From the NCBI GenBank assembly GCA_040256005.1, contig JBDZWC010000014.1, positions 1 to 36,105 on the forward strand: a stretch of 36,105 nt of DNA. Reading direction: 5' to 3'. Below are positions 25,588 to 34,550 of the stretch, piece by piece; within the stretch, counting starts at the first letter, position 1; each line of letters opens with the position of its first letter. The translations under genes were made by a program, and so were the position numbers. This DNA is from Deinococcaceae bacterium. Its GTDB lineage: Bacteria > Deinococcota > Deinococci > Deinococcales > Trueperaceae. The notes beneath the pieces were generated by a model, which worked only from the letters and a program-made list of their open reading frames with translations, did not search any database and was not told the DNA's origin.

Positions 25588-26645
25588 CGCGGCAGCGTCC
25601 TGGCGGCGATCACAGCGGCTCCCGTCGCGGCCAGGGCCGGCGTGAGCCAGGCGGCCACGACCGGTCCCAGGGCGCCGGAGGTGAACATGTCTCCGGACAG
25701 CACCCAGACGGCCCAGAAGAGGACCATGAGCACGATCGTCCAGGCGAAGCCGGACTCACGCCCCCGTACCCGCAACGCGATCGCGGCCGCGAACGCCGCG
25801 AAGATGGGCGCGGCGAAGGCATCGGCGAGGCGTCTGTGGAGGTCGTGACGCAGCTCGCGCACGTCGCCGCCCGCCTGGCCGACGCTGCGCAGGCGGGTGA
25901 CGAGGGCGTCGAGAGGCAGCTCCGCCGGCCTGGTGAGCGTCTGCTCGGGCGTGGCCTCCAGCGCGAACGGCAACGAGACGGTACCGACGCCGACGGGTGG
26001 GCCGCCGTCCGACGTGCGCTCGGCGGCGAAGAGGCGCCAGACCCTGGCGGTCGAGTCCCACTCACCGTCCAGGGCGGTCGTGACCTCGCCGTCGGGTGAC
26101 ACCACGAGGACACCGGAGAGCTGGGCGCGCTCCAGGTCCTCCGGCACCGTGCGCATGCGAGCGGCGAAGTAGATGCCGTCCTCGTACGCGTAGGCCACGT
26201 TTACCTGCAGCTCGGAGGGCGGCCTCACGTAGAGGAACTCGTCCACCTTGGCCTGGTAGGCGGCCTCGCCGCGTGGTTCGAGGAAGCCGTTGTTCACGAG
26301 GGAGAGCAGGCCGACGATGCAACCCAGCGCCACGAGGGGCCAGAACAGGCTGGCCGGCGAGACGCCGGAAGCGTACGCCGCCTTGAGCTCGGAGTCCTTG
26401 GCCATGCGGCCGCAGGCGAGCAGCACGGCGAACACGACGGCGACGGGCAGGCCCAGGTGCAGGAACCAAGGGACCTTGTAGAGCAGCAGCCGACCCGTAT
26501 CGGCGAGGCTCGCTTGGTTCTGAACCAGGAAGCGCGCCAGGACGGAGAGCAGGTCGACGCTCTGCAGCAGGCAGATCGTCGCGACGCCCAGGAGGTAGAG
26601 GCCAGCGGTCTCCCGCAGCAGCGTGCTGGCCAGACGTTTGGGCAC
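25584..26645 (-). CDS. LptF/LptG family permease
   Basis: LPVAVVFAVLLACGRMAKDSELKAAYASGVSP, NNGFLEP, periplasmic beta domain, LHRRLA, AAWLTP. ATGA overlap with the next gene. Confidence 0.92.
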   Translation of the reverse strand: MPKRLASTLLRETAGLYLLGVATICLLQSVDLLSVLARFLVQNQASLADTGRLLLYKVPWFLHLGLPVAVVFAVLLACGRMAKDSELKAAYASGVSPASLFWPLVALGCIVGLLSLVNNGFLEPRGEAAYQAKVDEFLYVRPPSELQVNVAYAYEDGIYFAARMRTVPEDLERAQLSGVLVVSPDGEVTTALDGEWDSTARVWRLFAAERTSDGGPPVGVGTVSLPFALEATPEQTLTRPAELPLDALVTRLRSVGQAGGDVRELRHDLHRRLADAFAAPIFAAFAAAIALRVRGRESGFAWTIVLMVLFWAVWVLSGDMFTSGALGPVVAAWLTPALAATGAAVIAARTLPR

Positions 26646-26778
26646 CGAGGCAGTATACCGGCGCCCTCACGGCGGCTTATCCCCGCCCCACGCGGCGTAA
26701 GTCCGGTGCGTGGCGGTCGCCTGCGGGGCCCCCTACGCGACTTTCGTCGCTACCTTCCCGGCGGGATACCATTCAGAT

Positions 26779-27630
26779 GTGACGGGGACCTTGGGCCTGT
26801 TCTCCCTCGTCGATCTCTTCCAGCTCCTCGCTTCGGCGCGACGGTCGGGACGTCTCAGCGTCGACCACCCGAGGGGCAGGGCACGCGTGTACTTCGACAA
26901 GGGCGTCGCGGTGCACGCCGACTTCGACGGCCTCAAGGGCGAGGAGGCGGTCTACGCGCTCTTCGCCGACGAACGCGGCACCTTCGAGTTCCGCATCGGT
27001 ATGCCGGCCCCGGAGGAGACGATAGGCACCAGTACGGAGAACCTGGTGCTCGAGGCCGTCAGACGTCTCGACGAGTCGCGCCGCGACGCCGCGCTGCCTT
27101 CCGAGACCCTGGAGCCGCGCGTGAGCCGCGACGCCGTGCCCACCCGCGCCACCCACGCTGAGGACCTGCTCCGCACCGATAGCGGCGTCTCCCTCACCAC
27201 GGAGGAGCTGGCGCTCATCGAGGGCGCGGACGGCATCAGGACGATCGCGCGGCTCGCTTCCCAGACCGGGATCGACCCGGACAGGGCCGTCGTGGTCGTG
27301 CAGCGCCTCGTGAAGACGGGCATGCTCAAGCTCCAGACCAAGCGCCCGCGCACCGCCCGGTTGGTGGCGCGGCTGACCCAACTCCCCATCGCCCCAGGCG
27401 CGGCGGGCGTGGACGTGAACATCGTCTCGGCGTGGGAGCGGGCGCTCGAGCGTCAGGTGACGCACGTCGCCTGCCGGCGCGAGGACGGGACCGTGCTGGT
27501 CTTCGACCTCCAGCTCCTCGAGGGCGCCGGCCCCTTCCTCGAGCTCTCACGTGACGCCTTCCTGCGCGCCGACATCGTCGCCAACGAGGCGCTGCTGGTG
27601 CGACCCTACGTGGCCGAGCAGGTCCCGTGA
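26779..27630 (+). CDS. DUF4388 (PatA-N-like) domain protein with a winged-helix-like middle region
   Basis: Start GTG 26779, 6 nt after TACCAT. GTLGLFSLVDLFQLLASARRSGRL...VYFDKGVAVHA...GEEAV...GTFEF...NLVLEAVRRLDE matches the DUF4388 pattern. Confidence 0.85.
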   Translation: MTGTLGLFSLVDLFQLLASARRSGRLSVDHPRGRARVYFDKGVAVHADFDGLKGEEAVYALFADERGTFEFRIGMPAPEETIGTSTENLVLEAVRRLDESRRDAALPSETLEPRVSRDAVPTRATHAEDLLRTDSGVSLTTEELALIEGADGIRTIARLASQTGIDPDRAVVVVQRLVKTGMLKLQTKRPRTARLVARLTQLPIAPGAAGVDVNIVSAWERALERQVTHVACRREDGTVLVFDLQLLEGAGPFLELSRDAFLRADIVANEALLVRPYVAEQVP

Positions 27631-27655
27631 GGCGTCGGCGCACGTCGGTTCGACC

Positions 27656-28624
27656 ATGACGGAGGTCCTGCTGCCCTGGCGGCGCCTGGGCTTCCCCGTG
27701 GACTGGGGCGAGGTGTTCAGCACCCCGGGTCCGCTACACGTCGAGGTGGGCTTCGGCGACGGCCGCTTCACGGTGAGGCGCGCCTTGGATGAGCCGAGGG
27801 CGCGCTTCGTGGGCCTGGAGGTCTCGAGCGGCAGCGTGCAGCGCGCGCTGCGCGGCATCAGACGGGCGGGCGTAGCGAACGTCAAGGTCGCCAAGGTGGG
27901 GGCGCAGTTCGCGCTCAGGCAGCTCTTCGCCGCCGGCAGCGTCGAGACGATCGTCGTGAACTTCCCAGACCCCTGGCCCAAGGCCAGGCACGAGAAGAAC
28001 CGCCTACTGGGTCCCCGGTTCCTGAGCCTGGCCGCCTCACGTCTCGTCCCCGCAGGCGAGATCCGGCTGGCCACCGACCATCCCGGCTACCTCGAGTTCG
28101 CCACTCGGAGCGCGGCCGAGACCGGCCTCTACGAAGAGCTGAGGCCCGAGCCGCCGGAGGCCGTGTTCGAGACCAAGTACGCGCTCAAATGGCGCGGCCA
28201 GGGCAAGCCCTTGGACTACGTGGTCTTCCGCCGCAACGCGCGGGCAGCCGCGGGATACCCTCACCTGGAGAGGCCGACCGACATGCCACACGCCTTGCTC
28301 GAAGGTACGCTTCCCGCCAGCGCCAGACTCGAAAAGTCCGTCAGCGAGCACGGCGGAGGCCACGTCATCCTGCACGAGGCCGCCGCCGTCCTGCCGGGCG
28401 GACCGGAGCGGGACAGGTGGCTGGTCAGAGCCACCGTCGACGAGCCCGACATCAAGCAGCAGCTGCTGGTGCTGGTGGAGCAGCGCGCGCCGCAGGAGGT
28501 CATCGTGCGCCTCGATTCGTTCGGCGACCCCGTCGTAACGCCGGCGGTGCGCGGCGCCGTGCACGAGGTCGCCGAGTGGCTCAGCCATGAGACTGACCTC
28601 GAGGTCACGGCGAGGAACTACTGA
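27656..28624 (+). CDS. trmB: tRNA (guanine-N7)-methyltransferase with C-terminal extension
   Basis: Start MTEVLLPW at 27656. HVEVGFGDG, GLEVS, VNFPDPWPKARHEKNRL, LATDH, ETKY. Confidence 0.93.
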   Translation: MTEVLLPWRRLGFPVDWGEVFSTPGPLHVEVGFGDGRFTVRRALDEPRARFVGLEVSSGSVQRALRGIRRAGVANVKVAKVGAQFALRQLFAAGSVETIVVNFPDPWPKARHEKNRLLGPRFLSLAASRLVPAGEIRLATDHPGYLEFATRSAAETGLYEELRPEPPEAVFETKYALKWRGQGKPLDYVVFRRNARAAAGYPHLERPTDMPHALLEGTLPASARLEKSVSEHGGGHVILHEAAAVLPGGPERDRWLVRATVDEPDIKQQLLVLVEQRAPQEVIVRLDSFGDPVVTPAVRGAVHEVAEWLSHETDLEVTARNY

Positions 28625-29427
28625 TGACCCGTCCCGGCGCGGACCTGCGCATCCTCACGGGCGCCGGCTTCACGGCGCCCCACGGCTTCACGACCCGTGC
28701 GGGCGGTGTGAGCCGAGGCCCTTACGCGGCGCTGAACCTGGGGCTCTCCTCCGGTGACGACCGCGACTCGGTCGCAGAGAACAGGCGGCGCGTGCTGCGG
28801 CACATCGGCGCTCGCCAGGAGGAAGTCTGCGGCTATCACCAGGTGCACGGCACGCGCGTGATGGTCGCCGCCCCCGGCTGGTTCGAGGAGAAAGCGGACG
28901 CGGGCGTGTCGAACGACCCGGAACACGTGCTGGTCGTGAGCGCCGCGGACTGCTACCCGGTCCTGTTCCACGACCCTGTGACCGGCGCCGCAGGCGCAGC
29001 TCACTGCGGCTGGCGCGGCACGTTGGGCCGACTGCCTGGCGAGGTCGTCGCCACGCTGCGGAACGTCTACGGCGCGCGGCCCGCAGACCTCCGCGTGGCC
29101 ATCGGCCAAGGCATCGGTGGCCGTTGCTACCAGGTCGACGCCGAGGTGGCGGAGGCGTTCGCGGCGGCCGGCTTCCCGGCGGACGTTGCCTCGGACGACC
29201 GGCCACCGGCCGACCTCGAGCGGGGCGAGCCAGGTGACGGTCGTCGGCTCCTCGACGTGCATGCCGCGATCCTCCACGCCCTGGGTGAGTCCGGGGTCGA
29301 CCCCGCGCACGTGACGTCGCTCGGCCTGTGCACGCACTGCGAGGAGGACATGTTCTTCAGCCACAGACGCGATGCCGGGCGCACCGGCCGGATGTGGGGC
29401 TTCGTGCGGCCTACCCCTCCCGCCTGA
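28624..29427 (+). CDS. pgeF: YfiH/PgeF family purine nucleoside phosphorylase / peptidoglycan editing factor
   Basis: HGFTTRAGGVS...ALNLG...GDD...ENR, HQVHG, SAADCYPVLF, AAHCGWRG, CYQV, LCTHC...FFSHRR...TGRM. Confidence 0.93.
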   Translation: MTRPGADLRILTGAGFTAPHGFTTRAGGVSRGPYAALNLGLSSGDDRDSVAENRRRVLRHIGARQEEVCGYHQVHGTRVMVAAPGWFEEKADAGVSNDPEHVLVVSAADCYPVLFHDPVTGAAGAAHCGWRGTLGRLPGEVVATLRNVYGARPADLRVAIGQGIGGRCYQVDAEVAEAFAAAGFPADVASDDRPPADLERGEPGDGRRLLDVHAAILHALGESGVDPAHVTSLGLCTHCEEDMFFSHRRDAGRTGRMWGFVRPTPPA

Positions 29428-29518
29428 GACCTCCCCGACGCCGGCCGAGGTTCGCCCCAACCGCCTAGAGATACGCGTGGGCCGGGGCCGAACGGGTCCA
29501 GGGGCTAGCATGTCTCCC

Positions 29519-30121
29519 ATGCCGCCCACCGCCGGCACGGAACCGCATCTGGACGACATCGCCCGGGCACTCACACGGACGCGCCCGCGCGAGCTGGACA
29601 TCCCGGGGTTCAAGCGGGCGGCCGTCCTGGTGCCGCTCGTCGAGTCGGAGGACGGCCTGCGGCTCCTGCTGACCGTGCGGGCCGCCACCTTGCGCAGCCA
29701 CGCCGGCCAGATCGCCCTGCCAGGCGGCCGGCTCGAGCCGGGCGAGGACAGCGTCGCGGCCGCTCTCAGGGAGACGCAGGAAGAGGTGGGTATCGAGGTG
29801 CCCCGGGACGCCATCCTGGGGGAGCTCTCCGATCATCCGTCGCCGGCCGGCTACGTCGCGCGCCCCGTTGTCGCGGCGGTGCCGTGGCCACAGGAGCTAA
29901 GGCCGGACCCGGCCGAGGTCGCCGAGGCCTTCCTCGTCCCGCTGAGTGACCTGAGGGGCACGAAGCCTTCGAGCGAGGTCAGGCAGCTGCCGGGCGGGAC
30001 CCCGCGCCGCATCTTCAGCTACCCCTGGCGCGGCCGCGACATCTGGGGGTTCACCGGCAACGTGATCCGTGACCTGTTCGACGTTCTGGACGGGCGCGAG
30101 GGAGACCCGTTCGCAGCCTGA
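29519..30121 (+). CDS. Nudix hydrolase, CoA pyrophosphatase family
   Basis: AAVLVPL, NuCoA motif LLTVRAATLRSHAGQIALPGG, Nudix box GG...AALRETQEEVG, PAEVAEAF, IWGFTG. Start placed 7 nt after TAGCAT. Confidence 0.9.
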   Translation: MPPTAGTEPHLDDIARALTRTRPRELDIPGFKRAAVLVPLVESEDGLRLLLTVRAATLRSHAGQIALPGGRLEPGEDSVAAALRETQEEVGIEVPRDAILGELSDHPSPAGYVARPVVAAVPWPQELRPDPAEVAEAFLVPLSDLRGTKPSSEVRQLPGGTPRRIFSYPWRGRDIWGFTGNVIRDLFDVLDGREGDPFAA

Positions 30122-31587
30122 TGGCCGGCCTCACCGCCCGCGACCTGAAGGTGATGAGGGGGGAGGAGACCTTCCCGTACAGCGGGGGCGTCTGCATAGA
30201 GGCGCTGCAGAGCGCGGGCGTGCCTACCGACGAGGCAGTCCTGGCCGTCCAGGAGGTGGAGGAGGGCCTGCGCGAGCGGAAGCAGCGGCGCATCGACCTG
30301 AGCGACCTCCTCGACCTCCTGGCGGGCGCCGCGGCCAAGCGCGCCGGGGAGCCGGCCGCCAGCCGGCTCAAGCACCAGACGCCGCCCTTCGTACCGCTGC
30401 TGGTGACCACCGAGGGCCAGCCGGCGTCCAGGTTCTCGCGCCGGACGCTCAAGGCGTCGCTGGAGAAGCTGGGTTTGTCGTTCAAGGACGCGCACGCCGT
30501 GACGCTGCAGGTGGAGCAGGGCATCAGGGCCGAGGGGATAGAGCGGCTGTCGCGCATCGAGCTCGCGCGGCGGGTCGCCTCCGCCGTCGAGGCCAGGCAC
30601 GGTCGCGCCACCCGTCTGCGCTACGAGGCGCAGACCCACCGGCCGTTCGAGATACGCGTGACCAGCAAGGACGGCAGCCAGTTCCCCTTCAGCCGCGGGA
30701 TCCTGGCTCGCTCTCTGATGGGTATCGGCCTGGGACCCGACTTCTCGCACAACCTCGCGAAACGGGTGGAGCAGGAGCTGTACGCGCTCGAGTCGGACGT
30801 CGTGGGGCCCTCCGACGTCCTGGAGCAGGTCGCCGAGCTCCTCAGGCACGAGGCCGGCGAGGAGTACGCCAGGCGCTACCTGATCATGCGGCAGATGCGC
30901 CACAACGAGCGGCCCATCATGCTCCTCATCGGCGGCGCCCCGGGCGTGGGGAAGTCGGCGATCGCAGCAGAGGTGGCCTACCGGCTGGGCATACCCCGCG
31001 TCGTCTCGACCGACATCGTCAGGCAGGCGCTGCGGTCGCTCATCGGCCCCGAGCTGAGCCCGGTGCTGCACGCCTCGAGCTTCACGGCCTGGCGTGCCGA
31101 GCTGTTCCCGGAGGAGCAGGCCACGGCGCGGCCGGAGAAGAACCGCGTGCTGCGCGGCTTCCTGGCACAGGCGCGGCAGCTGGACCCGGCGATCACCGCG
31201 ATCATCGAGCGCAGCGTCGCCGAGGACACGTCGCTCGTCATCGAGGGCGTCCACCTAGTCCCCGGCGCCGTGGCCGAACGGCGCGTGGACGGGGCCACGG
31301 TCCTGCGGACGATGCTGTTCGTCGACGACGAGGCCGACCACCGGCGTCACTTCGCCGCGCGCGAGATGCGCACCGTGCACCGCCTGGCGCAGCCGTACCT
31401 CGAGCACTTCGACGAGATCAGGTTGCTGCACGACTACATGCGTGAGCGCAGCGAGGCCGAGGGCGTGCTGGTGGTCGACGCGGCCGACTTCGAGACGGCC
31501 GTGGAGAGATGCGTGGACCACGTGCTCGACGCGCTGCTGGAGATGCAGCGGCACGGCGTCGGGCCCTGGGCGGCCGCCGGCGCGTAG
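30121..31587 (+). CDS. 2-phosphoglycerate kinase-like P-loop kinase with three ATP-cone-like repeats
   Basis: Three repeats (FPYSGGVCIEAL, SRFSRRTLKASL, FPFSRGILARSL), then LLIGGAPGVGKS, VVSTDIVRQALR, LHASSF, VIEGVHLVP, HRRHF, YLEHFDEIR. Confidence 0.85.
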   Translation: MAGLTARDLKVMRGEETFPYSGGVCIEALQSAGVPTDEAVLAVQEVEEGLRERKQRRIDLSDLLDLLAGAAAKRAGEPAASRLKHQTPPFVPLLVTTEGQPASRFSRRTLKASLEKLGLSFKDAHAVTLQVEQGIRAEGIERLSRIELARRVASAVEARHGRATRLRYEAQTHRPFEIRVTSKDGSQFPFSRGILARSLMGIGLGPDFSHNLAKRVEQELYALESDVVGPSDVLEQVAELLRHEAGEEYARRYLIMRQMRHNERPIMLLIGGAPGVGKSAIAAEVAYRLGIPRVVSTDIVRQALRSLIGPELSPVLHASSFTAWRAELFPEEQATARPEKNRVLRGFLAQARQLDPAITAIIERSVAEDTSLVIEGVHLVPGAVAERRVDGATVLRTMLFVDDEADHRRHFAAREMRTVHRLAQPYLEHFDEIRLLHDYMRERSEAEGVLVVDAADFETAVERCVDHVLDALLEMQRHGVGPWAAAGA

Positions 31588-31652
31588 CCGCCGAGAAGAA
31601 TGTTATCGCTGTGCACAGGCGCGCTGACTAGACTGCCGCCAGGAGCCCTCAC

Positions 31653-32645
31653 GTGCCAACGCCAGCCATAGAGTCAGCCAACCTAACGAAGTCCTACGGC
31701 GGAAGACCGATAGTCAGGGACCTGAGCTTCCAGGTCAACCCTGGCGAGGTCTACGCCCTCGTAGGCCCCAACGGGGCAGGCAAGACGACGGTCATCCGCC
31801 TGGTCTCCGGTCTCGCGTTCCCCACCAGCGGCCACGTGAGGCTGCTGGGACAGGACCCGCATCAGCACCCGGAGGTGCGGCGCTCGCTCGGTGCCGTGGT
31901 CGAGGCGCCGGCGGCCTTCTACCCGTTCCTCACCGGCAGGGGCAACCTGCGCCTGCATGCCGACCTGGCCGGAGGGGTGGAAGACGGCCGGATCGACGAG
32001 CTCCTCGAGCTCATGGAGCTCTCCCACGCCGCCGAGCGCAAGGTAGGCGTCTACAGCCTGGGCATGCGCCAGCGCCTGGGCGTGGCCGCGGCGATGCTGA
32101 CCAGGCCCACGGTGCTCATCCTCGACGAGCCGGCCAGCGGCATGGACCCCCTGTCGCTGCACCTCGTCCACTCGGTGCTGCAGCAAGCCGCCCAGGACGG
32201 CACCGCCGTGCTGCTCTCGACGCACCACCTGGACGAGGTCGTCGCCTACTGCACGCGGGTGGCCATCATGGAGGAGGGCGCGCTCATCGACGAGGTCAAC
32301 CTCTTCGACCGCCGCGAGCGCTTCAGGGCGCACGTCACCCACCCCGCCCAGGCGAAGGCTCTGCTGGAGACCGCGCCGTTCGTGCGGCACGTGGCCGTCA
32401 GGGGAGAGGAGATCGTCTTCATCCCGGCCTCGCCGGAGGCGGTCGGCCGGGTGTCGGTCGCGCTGGCCCAGTCCGACATCGGCGTCCTCGAGATGAGCCG
32501 CGACATCTTCGACCTGCGCGCCTACTACCGCGACCGCGTCTCGGCGGAGAGGTCGAGGCGCACCGGTAGCTTCCACACCGCCAGGCCGGACGGCACCTTG
32601 CCGGGCACGAGGCGCGGCGGCGACAGCGCCGGGGGCGAGAGATGA
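31653..32645 (+). CDS. ABC transporter ATP-binding protein (ABC-2/BcrA-like exporter)
   Basis: Walker A GPNGAGKTT, signature YSLGMRQR, Walker B ILDEP, H-loop STHH. RBS AGGAG. Confidence 0.95.
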   Translation: MPTPAIESANLTKSYGGRPIVRDLSFQVNPGEVYALVGPNGAGKTTVIRLVSGLAFPTSGHVRLLGQDPHQHPEVRRSLGAVVEAPAAFYPFLTGRGNLRLHADLAGGVEDGRIDELLELMELSHAAERKVGVYSLGMRQRLGVAAAMLTRPTVLILDEPASGMDPLSLHLVHSVLQQAAQDGTAVLLSTHHLDEVVAYCTRVAIMEEGALIDEVNLFDRRERFRAHVTHPAQAKALLETAPFVRHVAVRGEEIVFIPASPEAVGRVSVALAQSDIGVLEMSRDIFDLRAYYRDRVSAERSRRTGSFHTARPDGTLPGTRRGGDSAGGER

Positions 32646-33415
32646 GCACGCTGCTGCGCATGGAGCTCGGCAAGCTCTTCAGGCTGGCGAGCGTCCGCTT
32701 CGGGCTGATCCTCCTCCTGGTCTTCCCCCTGCTGTGGGCCTACGCGCCCGGGATCTTCGAGGTGTACGGGTTCTTCCTGGTGTCGGGCTTCCAGGTGCCG
32801 GCTCTCTCGCTGCTCTCGAGCATGCAGTTCCTCCTACCGCTCCTGGTCGCGATCGCCGGCGCCGAGCTCCTGGGCGTCGAGCTGGCGCACGGCACGCTCC
32901 CCACCGTTCTGCTGCGGCCTGTCACCCGCCCGCAGTGGTTGGCCGCGAAGCTCATCGTCGTGGCCCTCTACCCGTTCCTCGTGATGGTGGTGTTCCTGGT
33001 GGCCTCGCTGCTCGCGGGCACGCCTTACGGGTTCGGCGACTTCGTCGGCGGGACCGGGCTGGGCGAGTCCGGCCTGCTCGGTACCGGGATCATGACCGCC
33101 GGCGCGGCTTTCGGCGAGCTGGTCCGCGCCTACGCCGTCGCAGCACTGGCCCTCGTCCCGATCGGCATGCTGGCGGTCCTGTTCACCGTCCTGCTGATGA
33201 ACGCGGCCGGCGGTGCCCTGGCGACGCTCTCGACGCTGATCTTCATGCAACTCTTGGTCGTGTTCCCGAGCGTAGAGCCGTACCTGCTGACCACGCAGCT
33301 CAACGCGTATGCGTCCCCGGTCGCCAGCCTGTCCTGGGTGCTGGCGCTGATCCTCGTCTACAGCGCGCTGTTCGCCGCGGCCGCCGTCGTGTTGTTCGAG
33401 CGTAAGGACTTCTGA
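32642..33415 (+). CDS. ABC-2 type transporter permease
   Basis: LLRMELGKL, ELAHGTLPTVLLRPVTRPQWLAAK, about six TM helices, C-terminal FERKDF. ATGA overlap with the ATPase gene. Confidence 0.92.
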   Translation: MSTLLRMELGKLFRLASVRFGLILLLVFPLLWAYAPGIFEVYGFFLVSGFQVPALSLLSSMQFLLPLLVAIAGAELLGVELAHGTLPTVLLRPVTRPQWLAAKLIVVALYPFLVMVVFLVASLLAGTPYGFGDFVGGTGLGESGLLGTGIMTAGAAFGELVRAYAVAALALVPIGMLAVLFTVLLMNAAGGALATLSTLIFMQLLVVFPSVEPYLLTTQLNAYASPVASLSWVLALILVYSALFAAAAVVLFERKDF

Positions 33416-34465
33416 GTGCGTGAGCGGGTCGACAGGCTCGCTCCCATCAGGCTCGCCCTGGCGCTCGCGCTGGCCGGCTGGCTGTGTCTGGCGTCTGCCC
33501 AGAGCATCGCCTACACGGTCCAGGTGGTCGCCCTCTCGGACCGGGAAGCGGCGCTGGGCATACAGACCGACCTCCTGAGGCAGGGGTTCCCGGCGTACGT
33601 GGTGCGCTCGACGAGTACCCAGGGCGACGTCTTCCGCGTCAGGGTGGGCGCGTTCGCCGACCGCGCCGCCACCGTCCTCTACGCGGCCGGCATGCCCGCG
33701 ATCGGCGGGGGCCAGCCGGTGCCCGCTCTGGCGGAGGGCATCCCGCCCGGCATCACTCCCTTGGCGCCGGTGCTCCTGCTGCAGCAGGCGGTGCCTGACG
33801 GCGCCACGGTCCAGGAGTGGCAGGATGGCCTCGCGTTGCGTGTGCCGGCGGGGCAGGGCCCCGCCGAGTACGTGCTCATCGACGGCCTGAACGTGGAGCG
33901 GCACAGCGCCTACCTGCTGGGCGTGGTCGACGGCGCGCGCCTGTGGGTGCGCGAGACGCTGCTGTGGCCGCCCACCTGGCCGGAGGAGAGCGAGGCCGTC
34001 AGGGACGGTTTCATGACGTCGCTGATAGGTCTGCTCTCGGAGCGTCTGGGCGTGGCCCCCGAGGCGGTCGAGGCCGCGGCGTTCCGTCCGTCCGAGGACG
34101 CCGCACCTAGGGTGGTGGTCGTCGAGTTGGAGGCGCCCGCCGAGCCGGACGGCGTCAAGCTGCTGGGGCTCGGGTTACCGGAGTCCGGCATGGGTGAGTT
34201 CGGGCCGTTGGAGTACCTTGGCATCGCGGCCGACGAGCTGCCGGCCCCGCCGGCGGCGATCCCGCTGAGCGAGCTACTCGAGAACCCGCCGGAGGCGGTC
34301 GAGGCAGATGGCTTCGTGGCCGCTGCCGACGACTCGTACAGCCTCCTGCAGGCGGGCAGCCGGACCTGGCGCGCCGTCGCCGGGTCGCCGTTGTGGACGG
34401 ATGGAGAGCACCTGCTGGCCAGCCTGGGGGCAGACCTCCTGGTGTACGGGTTCGTGCCCCGCTAG
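33416..34465 (+). CDS. Secreted SPOR-domain protein
   Basis: Signal peptide ending ASA-Q. YTVQVVALSDREAA...LLRQGFPAYV...VFRVRVGAFADRAA matches the SPOR pattern. C-terminal region not recognised. Confidence 0.82.
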   Translation: MRERVDRLAPIRLALALALAGWLCLASAQSIAYTVQVVALSDREAALGIQTDLLRQGFPAYVVRSTSTQGDVFRVRVGAFADRAATVLYAAGMPAIGGGQPVPALAEGIPPGITPLAPVLLLQQAVPDGATVQEWQDGLALRVPAGQGPAEYVLIDGLNVERHSAYLLGVVDGARLWVRETLLWPPTWPEESEAVRDGFMTSLIGLLSERLGVAPEAVEAAAFRPSEDAAPRVVVVELEAPAEPDGVKLLGLGLPESGMGEFGPLEYLGIAADELPAPPAAIPLSELLENPPEAVEADGFVAAADDSYSLLQAGSRTWRAVAGSPLWTDGEHLLASLGADLLVYGFVPR

Positions 34466-34492
34466 AGCGGGTGCCGGGGGACCACTCCGCGA

Positions 34493-34533
34493 CCGACGAC
34501 AGCCCGTCGGCCCGGCTACCCGCGGTAGGCGGG
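34493..34533. terminator. Two GC hairpins between the convergent SPOR and trxB genes (possible bidirectional terminator)
   Basis: CCGACG-N6-CGTCGG (34493-34510) and CCCG-G-CTACC-CGC-GGTAG-G-CGGG (34511-34533). No U-tract. Confidence 0.35.
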
Positions 34534-34550
34534 AACCGGACTTGGTCGTA

